A stretch of DNA of 64,000 bases from Zancudomyces culisetae HAW-14-8 (Eukaryota; Fungi; Kickxellomycota): positions 2,232,001 through 2,296,000 of the forward strand of contig JBNJNM010000006.1 of NCBI GenBank assembly GCA_052426225.1. The letters run 5' to 3'. The notes beneath the pieces were generated by a model, which saw nothing but the letters and a program-made list of their open reading frames with translations, had not been told where the DNA came from and did no database searches. The position numbers and the translations under genes were made by a program. Shown one piece after another: positions 1-10,223 of the stretch (within the stretch, counting starts at the first letter, position 1; each line of letters begins with the position of its first letter).

Positions 1-1
1 T

Positions 2-2980
2 TGATTCTTCCTCAGTTGTTTCTATCAGACTACTTCGAGATAAATGGTCAGCAGGATTGACCTTCCCTGGTATATGCTCTATATCGAATTCGTAACTTCT
101 AAGAAACATAGCCCATCTAGCTAGCCTTCCACTTAATTCTTCGCCGTTAAACATATTTAATAATGCTTTATGATCGGTTTTTATTACAAACTTCCTACCA
201 TATAAATAAAACTTAAACTTTTTAACGGCCCAGACAACCGCCAACCCCTCCAAGTGACTGATCGAATAATTTTTCTCTGCATTACTGGTTGTTCTACTTG
301 CATACTCCACTGGTCTTTCTTTTCCTTCAATAACTTGTGATAGTATTGCTCCAACTCCACTAACTGCAGCGTCCGTCGTAACCACAAAAGAATAATCCCA
401 ATTTGGGTGCGCAAGCACTGGGGCTTCCGTCATCGCTTTTTTCAACTCTAAAAATGCTTCTTCTTGAGATTTTCCCCAGTTCCACTTTATTCCTTTCTTT
501 AATAACGCAGTTAGTGGGTTAGCTATTATAGCATATTTTTCAATAAACTTACGATAATAACCTGTCATCCCCAAAAATGACTGAACTTCTTTTATGCATG
601 TCGGTGACTTTAACTTTGAAATGGCTTCAATTTTTGTTGAACTAGTTGCAATACCTTCACCCGAAATAACATGACCCAAATAATCAATTTCTGTTAACCC
701 TATTTTGCATTTATCTTTATGCAACTGCATCTGGCCTTGTTTTAATAATTCTAAAGCTTCCTTAAGATCTTCTACATGACTGCTTGCACTTTTTGAAAAG
801 ACGATTATGTCGTCAACAAAAACAACTGCCTTCTTCCATAGAACTTTTTTCAACACAGTTTCCATTGTTCTTTGGAAAGTGGAAGGGCTATTTGTCAAAC
901 CGAAAGGCATGACGTTATAGTGGTAACTCCCCCCTCCCGGCAACGCGAATGACGTCTTTTCTCGGTCTTCTTCTGACATTTTTATTTGCCAAAAGCCGCT
1001 GAGTGCATCTAAAGTAGTAAAGATGCACGCACCAGCCAAGGCCATAAACAAATCCTGAATAATCGGTAGTGGGTATGAATCTTTGACTGTAACTGCGTTT
1101 AACTTCCTATAATCTGCGCAGATGCGCAGTTTACCGTTTTTCTTCTGGACAACCACCACCGGCGAGCACCACTCGGAGTTACTAGGTGCAATTACATTTT
1201 GCTCTAACATCCTATCTATTTCTTTTCCTACTTCTTCTTGTAGACGAAACGGTATCCTGTACGGTCTTTGCTTAATTGGCCTGTTATCCGTGAGTACTAT
1301 CCTGTGCTCGGCTACATTTGTTTGCTTTAACTTGTCGATATCATCTACAAATAATTCGTTATAGTCCTGGATCAAGGCCTCTAAACCTGCTACACCATCA
1401 CCTTGTATTCCTGTTGGTGATTCCGTGAAAAAATATAAATCCCAGGTTTCCTCTACAGTATGTGCTTCTTTGGTAGTAACTAGTGGTGTTACCACTTCTG
1501 CTCTATCCACAGGTAATCTTAGTTCTGGCACTGCTAGATTTAGACTGGCTTTATGTTTTAAAAGCCAATCCATACCTAATATTATTGTTGGTGACATATT
1601 TCCCAACACCACCAATGATGCTACGAACTCAATTTTACTAATCATAATTGGTACACCTGACACCACACCTAGAGTTTCATGACGTTTCCCGTCCGCTGTT
1701 ATAATAACGTGCGAACTCTTCATGTTAGGCTCCAAACCAATCTTGTTCAAAGCACCTGTAGTAATCACAGAGCATGCCGCCCCTGTGTCTACCACCGCTT
1801 TCCACTGTAACTGGTAAATCTCAACCGTCATACTACAGTTTGTAGTAGCTTTTTCCTGGATTCTTATCTCGTTTAGGGCGGTCTGCGGTGAAACTTCAAC
1901 TATGTTTTTCCAATCCTGTGCAATTTTTTCCGAATTTTGAAGTAATTGAATCATGCTAATTTTTGGATAGACTTTCTCCAACTCTTCCCTCAAATTGAAC
2001 TTTTTCACTCTATCAATCGTTCCTGACTCCGGTTGGGTGACTCTCTCCGCCCGAAGCTCCTGTGCGTCCATGTCTCCCGTATTTCTAATCTTAGCTGGTC
2101 TTCCAACTCGACCAGCCGCATCCGTTGCTTTTCTTTTTTCTACCATAAGTACTTCGTCTACTTCAGTAGGTTCAGTACCTATGGATAAAAAATTGACTTT
2201 CTTTTCCTCGTGCTCCTTTTGAAACCGTGGACATTCAAACTTCCGGTGACCTTTCTCATGACAATAATAACACTCCCATGTGCTTGCACGTTCCACCTTT
2301 GCTTGACTTCCCCACTTTTTAGTTGAAGCAACCGTTTGATCTAACTTTTCCAAGAGGCTGACACTAAGCTCTTGAAAGGTTTTGAGAAACTCTCCAAACT
2401 GCCCAGCTTCCGTAGTCAATTCTTTTACCGACTTGCCTGACCGGGTAGCAGCGTTCTTAGTAGTTGGCTTACTACTCTTAATTGCTGCCTGTATATCCCT
2501 CCTACAATTTGTACTTTGTTCCAACTTAGCCACTAACTTAAGTACCGCTTCTCTATCTAAACCTTCCTTATCTGAAAGTCTTTCCCTAATATCATCTGAG
2601 AACGTACTAACCAGTGAACCAAGTTTAGTCACCTCTTCCTTGATTCCTACTTGTTTCCATAACTTTTCCAATTCCATTTCTAGCTCCTCCAGACTTTCAA
2701 ACTCTGCTCGTTTGATTGTTCCAAGTCTGGTCCATGCTCCACTAGTAGAAAACACTGTACTATATTTCTTTTTGAACTCCTTAGTATATATTTCCCACGA
2801 CGTGAAACTATTCTTGTTCCTCTTATACCAGATTGTTTCAGACTTGCCTAGCCACAACTTAACTAACCCGACCCAATCCTCAGGGTCCCACTTGTTAATC
2901 TTCGCAATTAGTTGAAAGTCCTCAAGCCAGTCCTCGGCGTTTATTCCTTTCCCACTTTCGAATATAGTGACTTTGTCCAT
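2..2980 (-). CDS. Gag-Pol polyprotein of element A (partial, no stop within the window)
   Basis: ATG at 2980 (MDKVTIF). Zinc knuckle CYYCHEKGHRKFEC, protease VDTGAACS, RT YNVMPFGL and FVDD, RNase H TTDAAVSGVGAILSQ. Frame at both ends is consistent. Absent from the ORF track because it has no stop here. Confidence 0.9.
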   Translation of the reverse strand, partial: MDKVTIFESGKGINAEDWLEDFQLIAKINKWDPEDWVGLVKLWLGKSETIWYKRNKNSFTSWEIYTKEFKKKYSTVFSTSGAWTRLGTIKRAEFESLEELEMELEKLWKQVGIKEEVTKLGSLVSTFSDDIRERLSDKEGLDREAVLKLVAKLEQSTNCRRDIQAAIKSSKPTTKNAATRSGKSVKELTTEAGQFGEFLKTFQELSVSLLEKLDQTVASTKKWGSQAKVERASTWECYYCHEKGHRKFECPRFQKEHEEKKVNFLSIGTEPTEVDEVLMVEKRKATDAAGRVGRPAKIRNTGDMDAQELRAERVTQPESGTIDRVKKFNLREELEKVYPKISMIQLLQNSEKIAQDWKNIVEVSPQTALNEIRIQEKATTNCSMTVEIYQLQWKAVVDTGAACSVITTGALNKIGLEPNMKSSHVIITADGKRHETLGVVSGVPIMISKIEFVASLVVLGNMSPTIILGMDWLLKHKASLNLAVPELRLPVDRAEVVTPLVTTKEAHTVEETWDLYFFTESPTGIQGDGVAGLEALIQDYNELFVDDIDKLKQTNVAEHRIVLTDNRPIKQRPYRIPFRLQEEVGKEIDRMLEQNVIAPSNSEWCSPVVVVQKKNGKLRICADYRKLNAVTVKDSYPLPIIQDLFMALAGACIFTTLDALSGFWQIKMSEEDREKTSFALPGGGSYHYNVMPFGLTNSPSTFQRTMETVLKKVLWKKAVVFVDDIIVFSKSASSHVEDLKEALELLKQGQMQLHKDKCKIGLTEIDYLGHVISGEGIATSSTKIEAISKLKSPTCIKEVQSFLGMTGYYRKFIEKYAIIANPLTALLKKGIKWNWGKSQEEAFLELKKAMTEAPVLAHPNWDYSFVVTTDAAVSGVGAILSQVIEGKERPVEYASRTTSNAEKNYSISHLEGLAVVWAVKKFKFYLYGRKFVIKTDHKALLNMFNGEELSGRLARWAMFLRSYEFDIEHIPGKVNPADHLSRSSLIETTEEES

Positions 2981-3003
2981 GATTCAATTAGTATCGATGT
3001 AGA

Positions 3004-3021
3004 TTCCGACAGAAGGCACCA
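3004..3021 (-). promoter_or_regulatory. Primer-binding site of A (probably tRNA-Thr)
   Basis: + strand reads TT CCGAC AGAAGGC A CCA, a tRNA 3' end (T-stem, acceptor stem, CCA). Isotype inferred from the GCCTTCT acceptor stem. Confidence 0.75.
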
Positions 3022-3022
3022 C

Positions 3023-3388
3023 TGTCGTATAATAAAGAAATTTTATTTATACCTAATGTAAAAACAATATAATTTGTAACTCTAAGTAAGTATTATCCTT
3101 GATAACTAATACCACTTAAAGATTAACTTGTACTGATATATTGAGTGATTAGAATCTAATATTTATTAATGTGAACCAAAAAATCTGATAGATAAAACTC
3201 TCACAAAAACTCTACCAAACCTTAAATAAAAACTAATTACGATTAAAGGGATTCAATTTTCATTGTTTTTCCTTTACGTAATTTTAGCCAATAAAACCTA
3301 TCTAAAATAACTTTATAAAATTGAACTAAAAAATATACTAAAATAAACAAAACTAAACTAAAACATAGTACTATTGTACTATACGACA
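3023..3388 (-). repeat. 5' LTR of element A (366 bp)
   Basis: Terminal inverted repeat TGTCGTAT/ATACGACA, directly next to the PBS. Confidence 0.9.
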
Positions 3389-3391
3389 TGT

Positions 3392-3728
3392 TGTGGTGGA
3401 ATTTACTTCTACCAACGTTTACTAAATTTGTTATGATAATTATTTAATATATTTGTTATAAAACTAACTATACTGGTACGCTGCAAAAATTTGTTTATTA
3501 GCGTATCTTTATTTACTATTTTTGAGGACGCAGATTCAAATATTACTACTTAAACGTATTTAAATAAAAACTATTTTGATGAATTGCCAAGAAATCTTGA
3601 CTAAAAATAATTATAGATAAGAAATAAAATTGATAACTATTGAAAACTATTCCTTATCATATTCCCAAAAACCACAAGGGGAAAAAAATGGAATACGAAA
3701 CTCGTAATTTCCAATAATTCATACGACA
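3392..3728 (-). repeat. 3' LTR of element B
   Basis: Direct repeat of 8336-8672, TG...CA ends, preceded on the minus strand by PPT AAGGGGGGG. Confidence 0.95.
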
Positions 3729-3738
3729 GGTCCCCCCC

Positions 3739-5466
3739 TTAGCTCTGAGTGCCCCATGAAGAAACTGACGGCTGTCTAAATTGTCTTAACGTTGGTCTTA
3801 GCCGTGCTGTTTGTATCTCTGGTATCATATTTCTGTGTTCATGGTACTTCTTAAGCCTGTCGCCATTTACCACATCTTTGTTCCTTTGGTCGTCAGTTAT
3901 AGTATAAGTACCATTTCCATGCACTCGAATAACGGTGTAAGGGCCCTCCCATTTCGGGTCAAACTTTGAACTGGTTTGTTCCACATGCCTTAGTACTTTG
4001 TCGCCATTACCAAAACTCGATAGTCGCACCGTTTTGTCATATACTCCTTTTTCGTAGATCTTGTTTTTTATCATAGATTCGAATCCCGTTAGTCGAATGT
4101 CAGGGAGGTCCACACTGATATGCTCTATTCTTTCCTTCACGGCTTCATTAAAGTCATCAATCTCTGCTGCTGGTTTCCATGATATAGGTGTGTTTAACTC
4201 AACACCGTATAGTAATTCAGATGGGCTAAACCCAGTATTGCGATTTTTCATTGTTCTAAGAGTTAATAATAACTTACAGATATAATTATCCCAGTTCGCT
4301 TTATCATGTTGACACAATTTTGACAGTAAGTTTTTGATATTCTGGTTGAACCGCTCTACCTGACCATTTGTTTGCGGTCGGTATGCGGTTGTAGGTGTGT
4401 GGTGTATATTTAGAAATTTGTAGAAGTCAGTGGAGATGTCGCTCAGAAAATTGAATCCACGGTCTGTTATCAGTTGTGTTGGCACGCCGTAATATTGAAC
4501 TACATCATATATCAAAAAGTTAATAACAGTTTCAGTGTTTATGTTACTTACTGCTCTGCATATTGGCCATTTAGTCAAATAATCTATGGCTGACAATATG
4601 TATCGGTTTCCATTATTAGAAATTGGACTAATTGGGCCAACCGCATCCAGTCCCAAGATTTCAAACGGTTTTCTTGCCAGTATTGGTATGAGGTTTGTTC
4701 TCCTTGTCACACTTCCTTTATATCGTTGGCAGAGGTCACAGCTTTCCACTATCCGTTTTACCACTTGCAATAGATTTGGTCCTGTATACAACCTTTTTAC
4801 TTTCTCAAATGTGTTATTTATTCCTTCATGTCGCTCCAAGTGTATCTCTTTGATTTTGTCTTCTGCATTTACCTCGGTTAATACTTCTCGCAGGCCAAAC
4901 TTGGCTGAGTTTCTATGAAGCCTATCATCCAGGAGTCTGTATTTCAAAGCTTTGTTTCTGAGTCTTCTTCTAAATTCATCGTCGGCTCCTGGTGGATAAT
5001 TACCTGTCTCTAGATAATGTTTAATTGCTTGATAATAAAGGTTATCCATAGTAAATATATCCACCTCAACTTCACCCTCTTTTGTTCCTTCATTTGATTT
5101 ATAAAAATTTTCGTCTCTAGAAAGGTAGTCAGAAGGGTTGCTTCTTCCCGGTCTATGTCTGATGATGTAGTCATATTCGGACAATATAATACTCCACCTG
5201 GCTAACCTGCCGTTTAAATCTTTAGAGTCAAAAATTCTTACTAGCGCTGAGTGGTCAGTTACGATGTCAAATTGTCTACCCCATAAATAATTGCGAAACT
5301 TTGTTACTCCCCAAACTACCCCTAGTCCTTCCAAGTGGGTTGACGAATAATTTTTCTCCGCTGGACTTAAGGACCTGCTAGCAAATTCAATGGGATGGTC
5401 TTGATTATTTTTTTTTTGGGAAAGGATTGCACATATTCCGTTTTTTGAAGCGTCCGTTGTCAACAC
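3739..5466 (-). CDS. RNase H-integrase part of element B polyprotein
   Basis: TTDASKNG RNase H; HHCC motif (H-LERH...CDLC); DDE core (LDAVGP, TDRG, VERFN); WEGPY motif; no chromodomain. Confidence 0.93.
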   Translation of the reverse strand: MLTTDASKNGICAILSQKKNNQDHPIEFASRSLSPAEKNYSSTHLEGLGVVWGVTKFRNYLWGRQFDIVTDHSALVRIFDSKDLNGRLARWSIILSEYDYIIRHRPGRSNPSDYLSRDENFYKSNEGTKEGEVEVDIFTMDNLYYQAIKHYLETGNYPPGADDEFRRRLRNKALKYRLLDDRLHRNSAKFGLREVLTEVNAEDKIKEIHLERHEGINNTFEKVKRLYTGPNLLQVVKRIVESCDLCQRYKGSVTRRTNLIPILARKPFEILGLDAVGPISPISNNGNRYILSAIDYLTKWPICRAVSNINTETVINFLIYDVVQYYGVPTQLITDRGFNFLSDISTDFYKFLNIHHTPTTAYRPQTNGQVERFNQNIKNLLSKLCQHDKANWDNYICKLLLTLRTMKNRNTGFSPSELLYGVELNTPISWKPAAEIDDFNEAVKERIEHISVDLPDIRLTGFESMIKNKIYEKGVYDKTVRLSSFGNGDKVLRHVEQTSSKFDPKWEGPYTVIRVHGNGTYTITDDQRNKDVVNGDRLKKYHEHRNMIPEIQTARLRPTLRQFRQPSVSSWGTQS

Positions 5467-8158
5467 AAATCGTTCTTCCCAGTGGGAAAATCAACACAGG
5501 TGCTTTTATTATTGAATTTTTTAAATATTCGGCTGCTACACTACATTCAGATGTCCAATTATATTTAGTATCTTTTTTTAAAAGTTGATGTAATGGTCTT
5601 GCGTGTTGCGCATAATTCTGAACAAACTTCCTATAATATCCGGTTAGACCCAAAAAAGACTGAAGCTCCTTGACTGACTTTGGGTGTTCCAAATTCCTAA
5701 CCGCTTTTACTTTTGACTCGCTTGTTCTTATCCCTTCAGAGCTGATTAAGTGTCCTAAATATTCTAAACTGGTTTTTCCAAATGAACATTTTTCTTTATG
5801 AAGTTTAATATTATTGTCCCTCAGTAATCTGAACACCTCCTCCAAATCTTTTATATGTTGAAGTTTAGACTTTGAGAATATTATAATATCATCAATAAAT
5901 ACTAAGGCTGATTTCCATAGTACTGATGATAACACCCTTTCCATCAGTCTTTGAAAAGTCGCGGGACTGTTACAAAGACCAAAGGGCATCACATTATAAC
6001 AAAACATGCCCCCTCCTGGAATCGCAAAAGCAGTTTTGGGCTTATCAGAATCCTTCATCCTCACCTGCCAGAAACCGCTTAATGCGTCCAGAGTACTGAA
6101 TATATTAGCCCCTGCAACAGCAGTAAATATCTCTTCGATTACTGGTAGTGCATACTGATCCTTCTTGGTGACCGCATTCAACTTGCGGTAGTCCGAGCAT
6201 AGTCGAATCTTCCCATTCTTTTTCCAGACCGCCACTACTGGAGCACACCAATCAGAAACGCAAGGAGTTATGATACCTTGCTCTTCCATTTTGTTTATCT
6301 CCTCTGTTAGTTTTTCTCGCATATAATGAGGTACGCGGTAGGGCTTAGATTTAACAGGTTTTGCTTCTCCAGTGTCTATTTCATGAAGTATCCTATCCGT
6401 CTGTGTTAGATCTGACAGTTCAGTTGCCATAAGATCACTGTTTGCATCTATAATCCTCTGTATTTCCTCATCTATCTCCTCTTCCTGTAGCTCCGGTTTC
6501 TCTATCTTCTCTATTCCCACACCATATAACTCATACTCATTGTCTTTTGACTCAATTGTTATGTCTTTGCGCGTTGAAATTGACAGGGATATTTCATATT
6601 CTTCGTTGTTCAACACTAACTCATTGCTGTTTAAGTTGATAACTGCTCCGTGTCTTTTAAACCAGTTTGTTCCAAGGATTAACACATGAGTTTTCTGATC
6701 CATAACTGTCATGTCCACTGGAAACCTTTGCCCTGCAATTGTAAGTGGTACCTCTGAAATTATTCCCTTAGTCCCGTGTTTCCTCCCGTCTGCTGTCACA
6801 ATAATTTGGTTAGATTCTTTGTCAATATCTAATCCCAACACTTCAGCAAATGCATTTGACATTACCGAGCAGGCAGCGCCTGTGTCCAATATAGCCCAGT
6901 AGTTTCTTCCAAATATACTTATTATAGCCTTGCAGTTTGAACTTACATTTTCAATGCTGTTCACCTCTTTAATTTCATACTCCTCACCCCTTCTAACGTA
7001 ACTAATTAGCTCCTTTCGCACCTGTGGTGAAGCTTCTAGAAGCTGGGCCAAATTTATATTAGCTTGTATGCCTTGTAGCTCTTTCTTGATTGAATATTCA
7101 TCTTTGTCAGTTGTAAATTTAATAGGTACTGCTTTCTTCCGCTGAATTCTAGGTTTCAGGATGTCCCTATTAGGCTTAACTTCTATTGTTGACTCGCCTT
7201 CTCTTCTTTTTTTAGCTTCTTTTTCTGATTGTAATTCATTCTTCCTCTTTTCTGCTGCATAGATTTCAGCTTCATTTGCTTCACACTCAAAAACTTGACT
7301 GACTACGATATCATTTTCAACTTCCAAAAAATTTACTTCCCTCTTGTTAGTATTCACAGGCATTGCATTACTTCCCGATGCTACACTTGGTCCGGTTCTT
7401 GGATTAGCTTCCCTCCTAGGACATTGGTATGGCCAGTGTCCCGGCTCCCTACACTCGAAACAGAAAGGACTTTTTGGTGGTGGTCTGCTGTTGCCTGCCT
7501 TAATACTATTGATAATGTTGATACTGAGTTCGTCAAACTTTTTGACTATCTTTTCATACATAACTTCTGGATCATCTTTTATAGACCTAGCTTCTTGTAT
7601 TAGCCTTTCCTTAGTAACATTTTCAAAAAGATTTACTCCGCTACCCGTTGAAGTATCGTTGCACATACTTTCTAGTTGTTCATGTCTAACTAAATGATTT
7701 ATTGCTTCTTCCCATGATTCAGTACCTTTTTCAAAAATAAGCTTTTTAAATGTTGGTCTTAAGCAAGCGGTTAGGTAACGTAATTTATCTTTTTCTTCTG
7801 TTATACTTGCGGCTTTGAACAGTACTTGAAGTTTAGATGCAGTCTCTAGAATATCCATGCTATCCTGTTTGAATCCCTGGAGCTCTTCCCATGAAGCTAA
7901 CTCCCTTTCTTTGCTTTTAAACTGTTTCAAGAATAACTCCTTGCACTTTGTCCAATCCTTGAATTTGTCTTGATAAATTATGTACCATTGTTTTGCTTTA
8001 CCACCTAGATAAGACTCCACACAATCCACGTACTCTGCTTCTTCGAAATCGTTCTTTTTCATGTAAATCTCAAACCTTTTTACCCAATTTTCGGGGTCCT
8101 GCCATAGTGATCCGTTGAACTCTGTAGGTTCCAGTACTTTATAATTTTGTTTTTTCAT
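5405..8158 (-). CDS. Gag-PR-RT part of element B polyprotein (frameshifted near 5482)
   Basis: CFECREPGHWPYQC knuckle, LDTGAACS protease, RT motifs LCSDYRKLN, VMPFGL, FIDD. Confidence 0.93.
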   Translation of the reverse strand: MKKQNYKVLEPTEFNGSLWQDPENWVKRFEIYMKKNDFEEAEYVDCVESYLGGKAKQWYIIYQDKFKDWTKCKELFLKQFKSKERELASWEELQGFKQDSMDILETASKLQVLFKAASITEEKDKLRYLTACLRPTFKKLIFEKGTESWEEAINHLVRHEQLESMCNDTSTGSGVNLFENVTKERLIQEARSIKDDPEVMYEKIVKKFDELSINIINSIKAGNSRPPPKSPFCFECREPGHWPYQCPRREANPRTGPSVASGSNAMPVNTNKREVNFLEVENDIVVSQVFECEANEAEIYAAEKRKNELQSEKEAKKRREGESTIEVKPNRDILKPRIQRKKAVPIKFTTDKDEYSIKKELQGIQANINLAQLLEASPQVRKELISYVRRGEEYEIKEVNSIENVSSNCKAIISIFGRNYWAILDTGAACSVMSNAFAEVLGLDIDKESNQIIVTADGRKHGTKGIISEVPLTIAGQRFPVDMTVMDQKTHVLILGTNWFKRHGAVINLNSNELVLNNEEYEISLSISTRKDITIESKDNEYELYGVGIEKIEKPELQEEEIDEEIQRIIDANSDLMATELSDLTQTDRILHEIDTGEAKPVKSKPYRVPHYMREKLTEEINKMEEQGIITPCVSDWCAPVVAVWKKNGKIRLCSDYRKLNAVTKKDQYALPVIEEIFTAVAGANIFSTLDALSGFWQVRMKDSDKPKTAFAIPGGGMFCYNVMPFGLCNSPATFQRLMERVLSSVLWKSALVFIDDIIIFSKSKLQHIKDLEEVFRLLRDNNIKLHKEKCSFGKTSLEYLGHLISSEGIRTSESKVKAVRNLEHPKSVKELQSFLGLTGYYRKFVQNYAQHARPLHQLLKKDTKYNWTSECSVAAEYLKNSIIKAPVLIFPLGRTICVDNGRFKKRNMCNPFPKKK

Positions 8159-8315
8159 TTCGTTTTGTTATGAGTTTTAATTTTTATATTATTATTTTGT
8201 TATATTTATATTTATTTTTATATTATTTTTCTTGATGTTTAATATAAATTGTTGTAATGATATAATAAAAGATATTTTGTTTATATATAGATAATTCGAA
8301 TTAATAATTGTTTCA

Positions 8316-8333
8316 GCCTAGCTGGGAGCGCCA
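8316..8333 (-). promoter_or_regulatory. Primer-binding site of B (probably tRNA-Arg)
   Basis: TGGCGCTCCCAGCTAGG, 2 nt from the LTR; complementary to a tRNA ending TGGGAGC-G-CCA. Confidence 0.75.
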
Positions 8334-8335
8334 AA

Positions 8336-8672
8336 TGTGGTGGAATTTACTTCTACCAACGTTTACTAAATTTGTTATGATAATTATTTAATATATTTGT
8401 TATAAAACTAACTATACTAGTACGCTGCAAAAATTTGTTTATTAGCGTATCTTTATTTACTATTTTTGAGGACGCAGATTCAAATATTACTACTTAAACG
8501 TATTTAAATAAAAACTATTTTGATGAATTGCCAAGAAATCTTGACTAAAAATAATTATAGATAAGAAATAAAATTGATAACTATTGAAAACTATTCCTTA
8601 TCATATTCCCAAAAACCACAAGGGGAAAAAAATGGTATACGAAACTCGTAATTTCCAATAATTCATACGACA
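8336..8672 (-). repeat. 5' LTR of element B
   Basis: Direct repeat of 3392-3728, followed by the PBS. Confidence 0.95.
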
Positions 8673-8675
8673 TTG

Positions 8676-9363
8676 TGTTGTAATTTTAGTTTGCAGAAAA
8701 TTTCTCAGGAAATTTCCGCAACTAAACCTACAAAAAGTTCTGCTAATAGAGGGGGATTGTTACTGGAATAAGTTTTACTTTATTTAACCAGTCAACCCTA
8801 CCTTTTTAGCTTATATTTAATTTAGTTTTATGTATTTATTACTTCAATAAATGCGATAAAACTGGGTAAAATTACGCCCAACTCCTAAAATTTGGTGTGC
8901 AAAACAATTAATTTTGGTCCAAAAATTAGACTCTGATACCTTTCTGATACCCTTTGAAAATTGTGTTACGCTTCACTACCTATGTTTTTTTTTGGTTTTA
9001 GGTAGGTTTTTGCTCAATTCACAAATTTCAATTTTATAGAGTAAAATCAAGTATTTTAGAGCTAATTTGTATTTTATTTAATGAATAACTTTTAAAAATA
9101 AAAAGATAAAACCACCAAACTTGTGGTGAGGTTACTAGTAATATACTAGTACCTGACTAGCTATTTTATTAGAACTTTATATAATAGAAACTTAAAATAA
9201 AATAATTAAAACTGAATATTTCTCCAACATTTGGGTAATTTATTACCCAAGAAATCCCAGATTTCTTGCTCGAACACCCGAGATAACGGTGGTTATTCGG
9301 TGTTTGAGAAGCTGTATGCTGTTCATCCAATAGTTTAGCTTGGATAGAACTAAGCATACAACA
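8676..9363. repeat. Solo LTR C (688 bp), inverted copy of 10224-10911
   Basis: TGTTGTA...TACAACA termini, flanked by (A)TTG and ATTG. Confidence 0.85.
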
Positions 9364-9371
9364 ATTGTGTT

Positions 9372-10216
9372 TGTCGTAATAATCATAATTGGGAAGATCA
9401 TGATTATTATGTTCATCACGTGTCATACCAGTTCGGGTATGACCACTTGATGAGGATGCACCACTACCCCGTAGTGTGATGTGCATATAGGGGTGCTCGG
9501 GTGAGCTATTTCCCCTGTACAATGTCGGTGAGATGCTGCTCACGGACATTGGTTCTGGGCTCCTACGGATTTGGAGTTGACGGACACTTTCTGTCAACTC
9601 CCCAAGAGTCCGAGGGCTTAGTTCCCCGGTCTCTTGGTCCATGCTACTAGCCATACTCAGACTGGAGCTAGTTTCTGAATCCCTCTTGGATTCGCTTTTA
9701 CTATAAAAGAAATAGTTCATTTTTGGTTATTGGTTATTATAAATAATATTCTGAAGTCTGTTTTATTGTGTTTAAATAAATATACTATTTAATCCGTAAT
9801 TAGGACATGGATGAGGTTTTTCCATTTCCCTCTTCTTGTTCCTTAAATATAAATTTCTATTAAACTGCTACTATCTTCAAAACGTTTAAAATACTATTAC
9901 TTATGTACTATAAGAACTATTATGACTTGATACTGACTTCCTCTACATATTTTACTTGTGTAGTGAATGTTGAATTAGGTGTTGGGAACACCTAATAATT
10001 ATTACTTAATTTAGGATTTAGTATGAAGACATTTTTCATACTAAATTCTATCATTATTGAGTCGACTCAGCATGTAGAATTAATTTCATAATGTGTCGCT
10101 CATTTTCCAAATTGAATTTCATGCAGATACAAAAATTTAATTTTCATTCTGCGATGAGTGTACTTCAATTTGTACAACAATTGTACTTAAGTGTACAATT
10201 GCTCACTCATGCGACA
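9372..10216 (-). repeat. Probable solo LTR D (845 bp) containing an internal ORF
   Basis: TGTCG...CGACA termini like A and B. Flanks are not a direct TSD and boundaries are uncertain by a few nt. Confidence 0.6.
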
Positions 10217-10223
10217 AACGACA

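Larger units (their letters stand above)
1..3388 (-). mobile_element. Ty3/gypsy LTR retrotransposon A (3' part runs off the left edge)
   Basis: 5' LTR 3023-3388 (TGTCGTAT...ATACGACA), PBS TGGTGCCTTCTGTCGGAA next to it, gag-pol reading frame from 2980. Confidence 0.95.
3392..8672 (-). mobile_element. Full-length Ty3/gypsy LTR retrotransposon B
   Basis: 337-bp LTRs at 3392-3728 and 8336-8672 with two visible mismatches, PBS 8316-8333, PPT 3732-3740, domain order gag-PR-RT-RH-IN, TSD TTGT reconstructed from overlaps. Confidence 0.97.

Noticed and set aside
1122-2915. Plus-strand ORFs in the track, and similar short antisense ORFs over B, F, PAK, OPT and CPA2
   Set aside because: Antisense or off-frame shadows of real coding sequence
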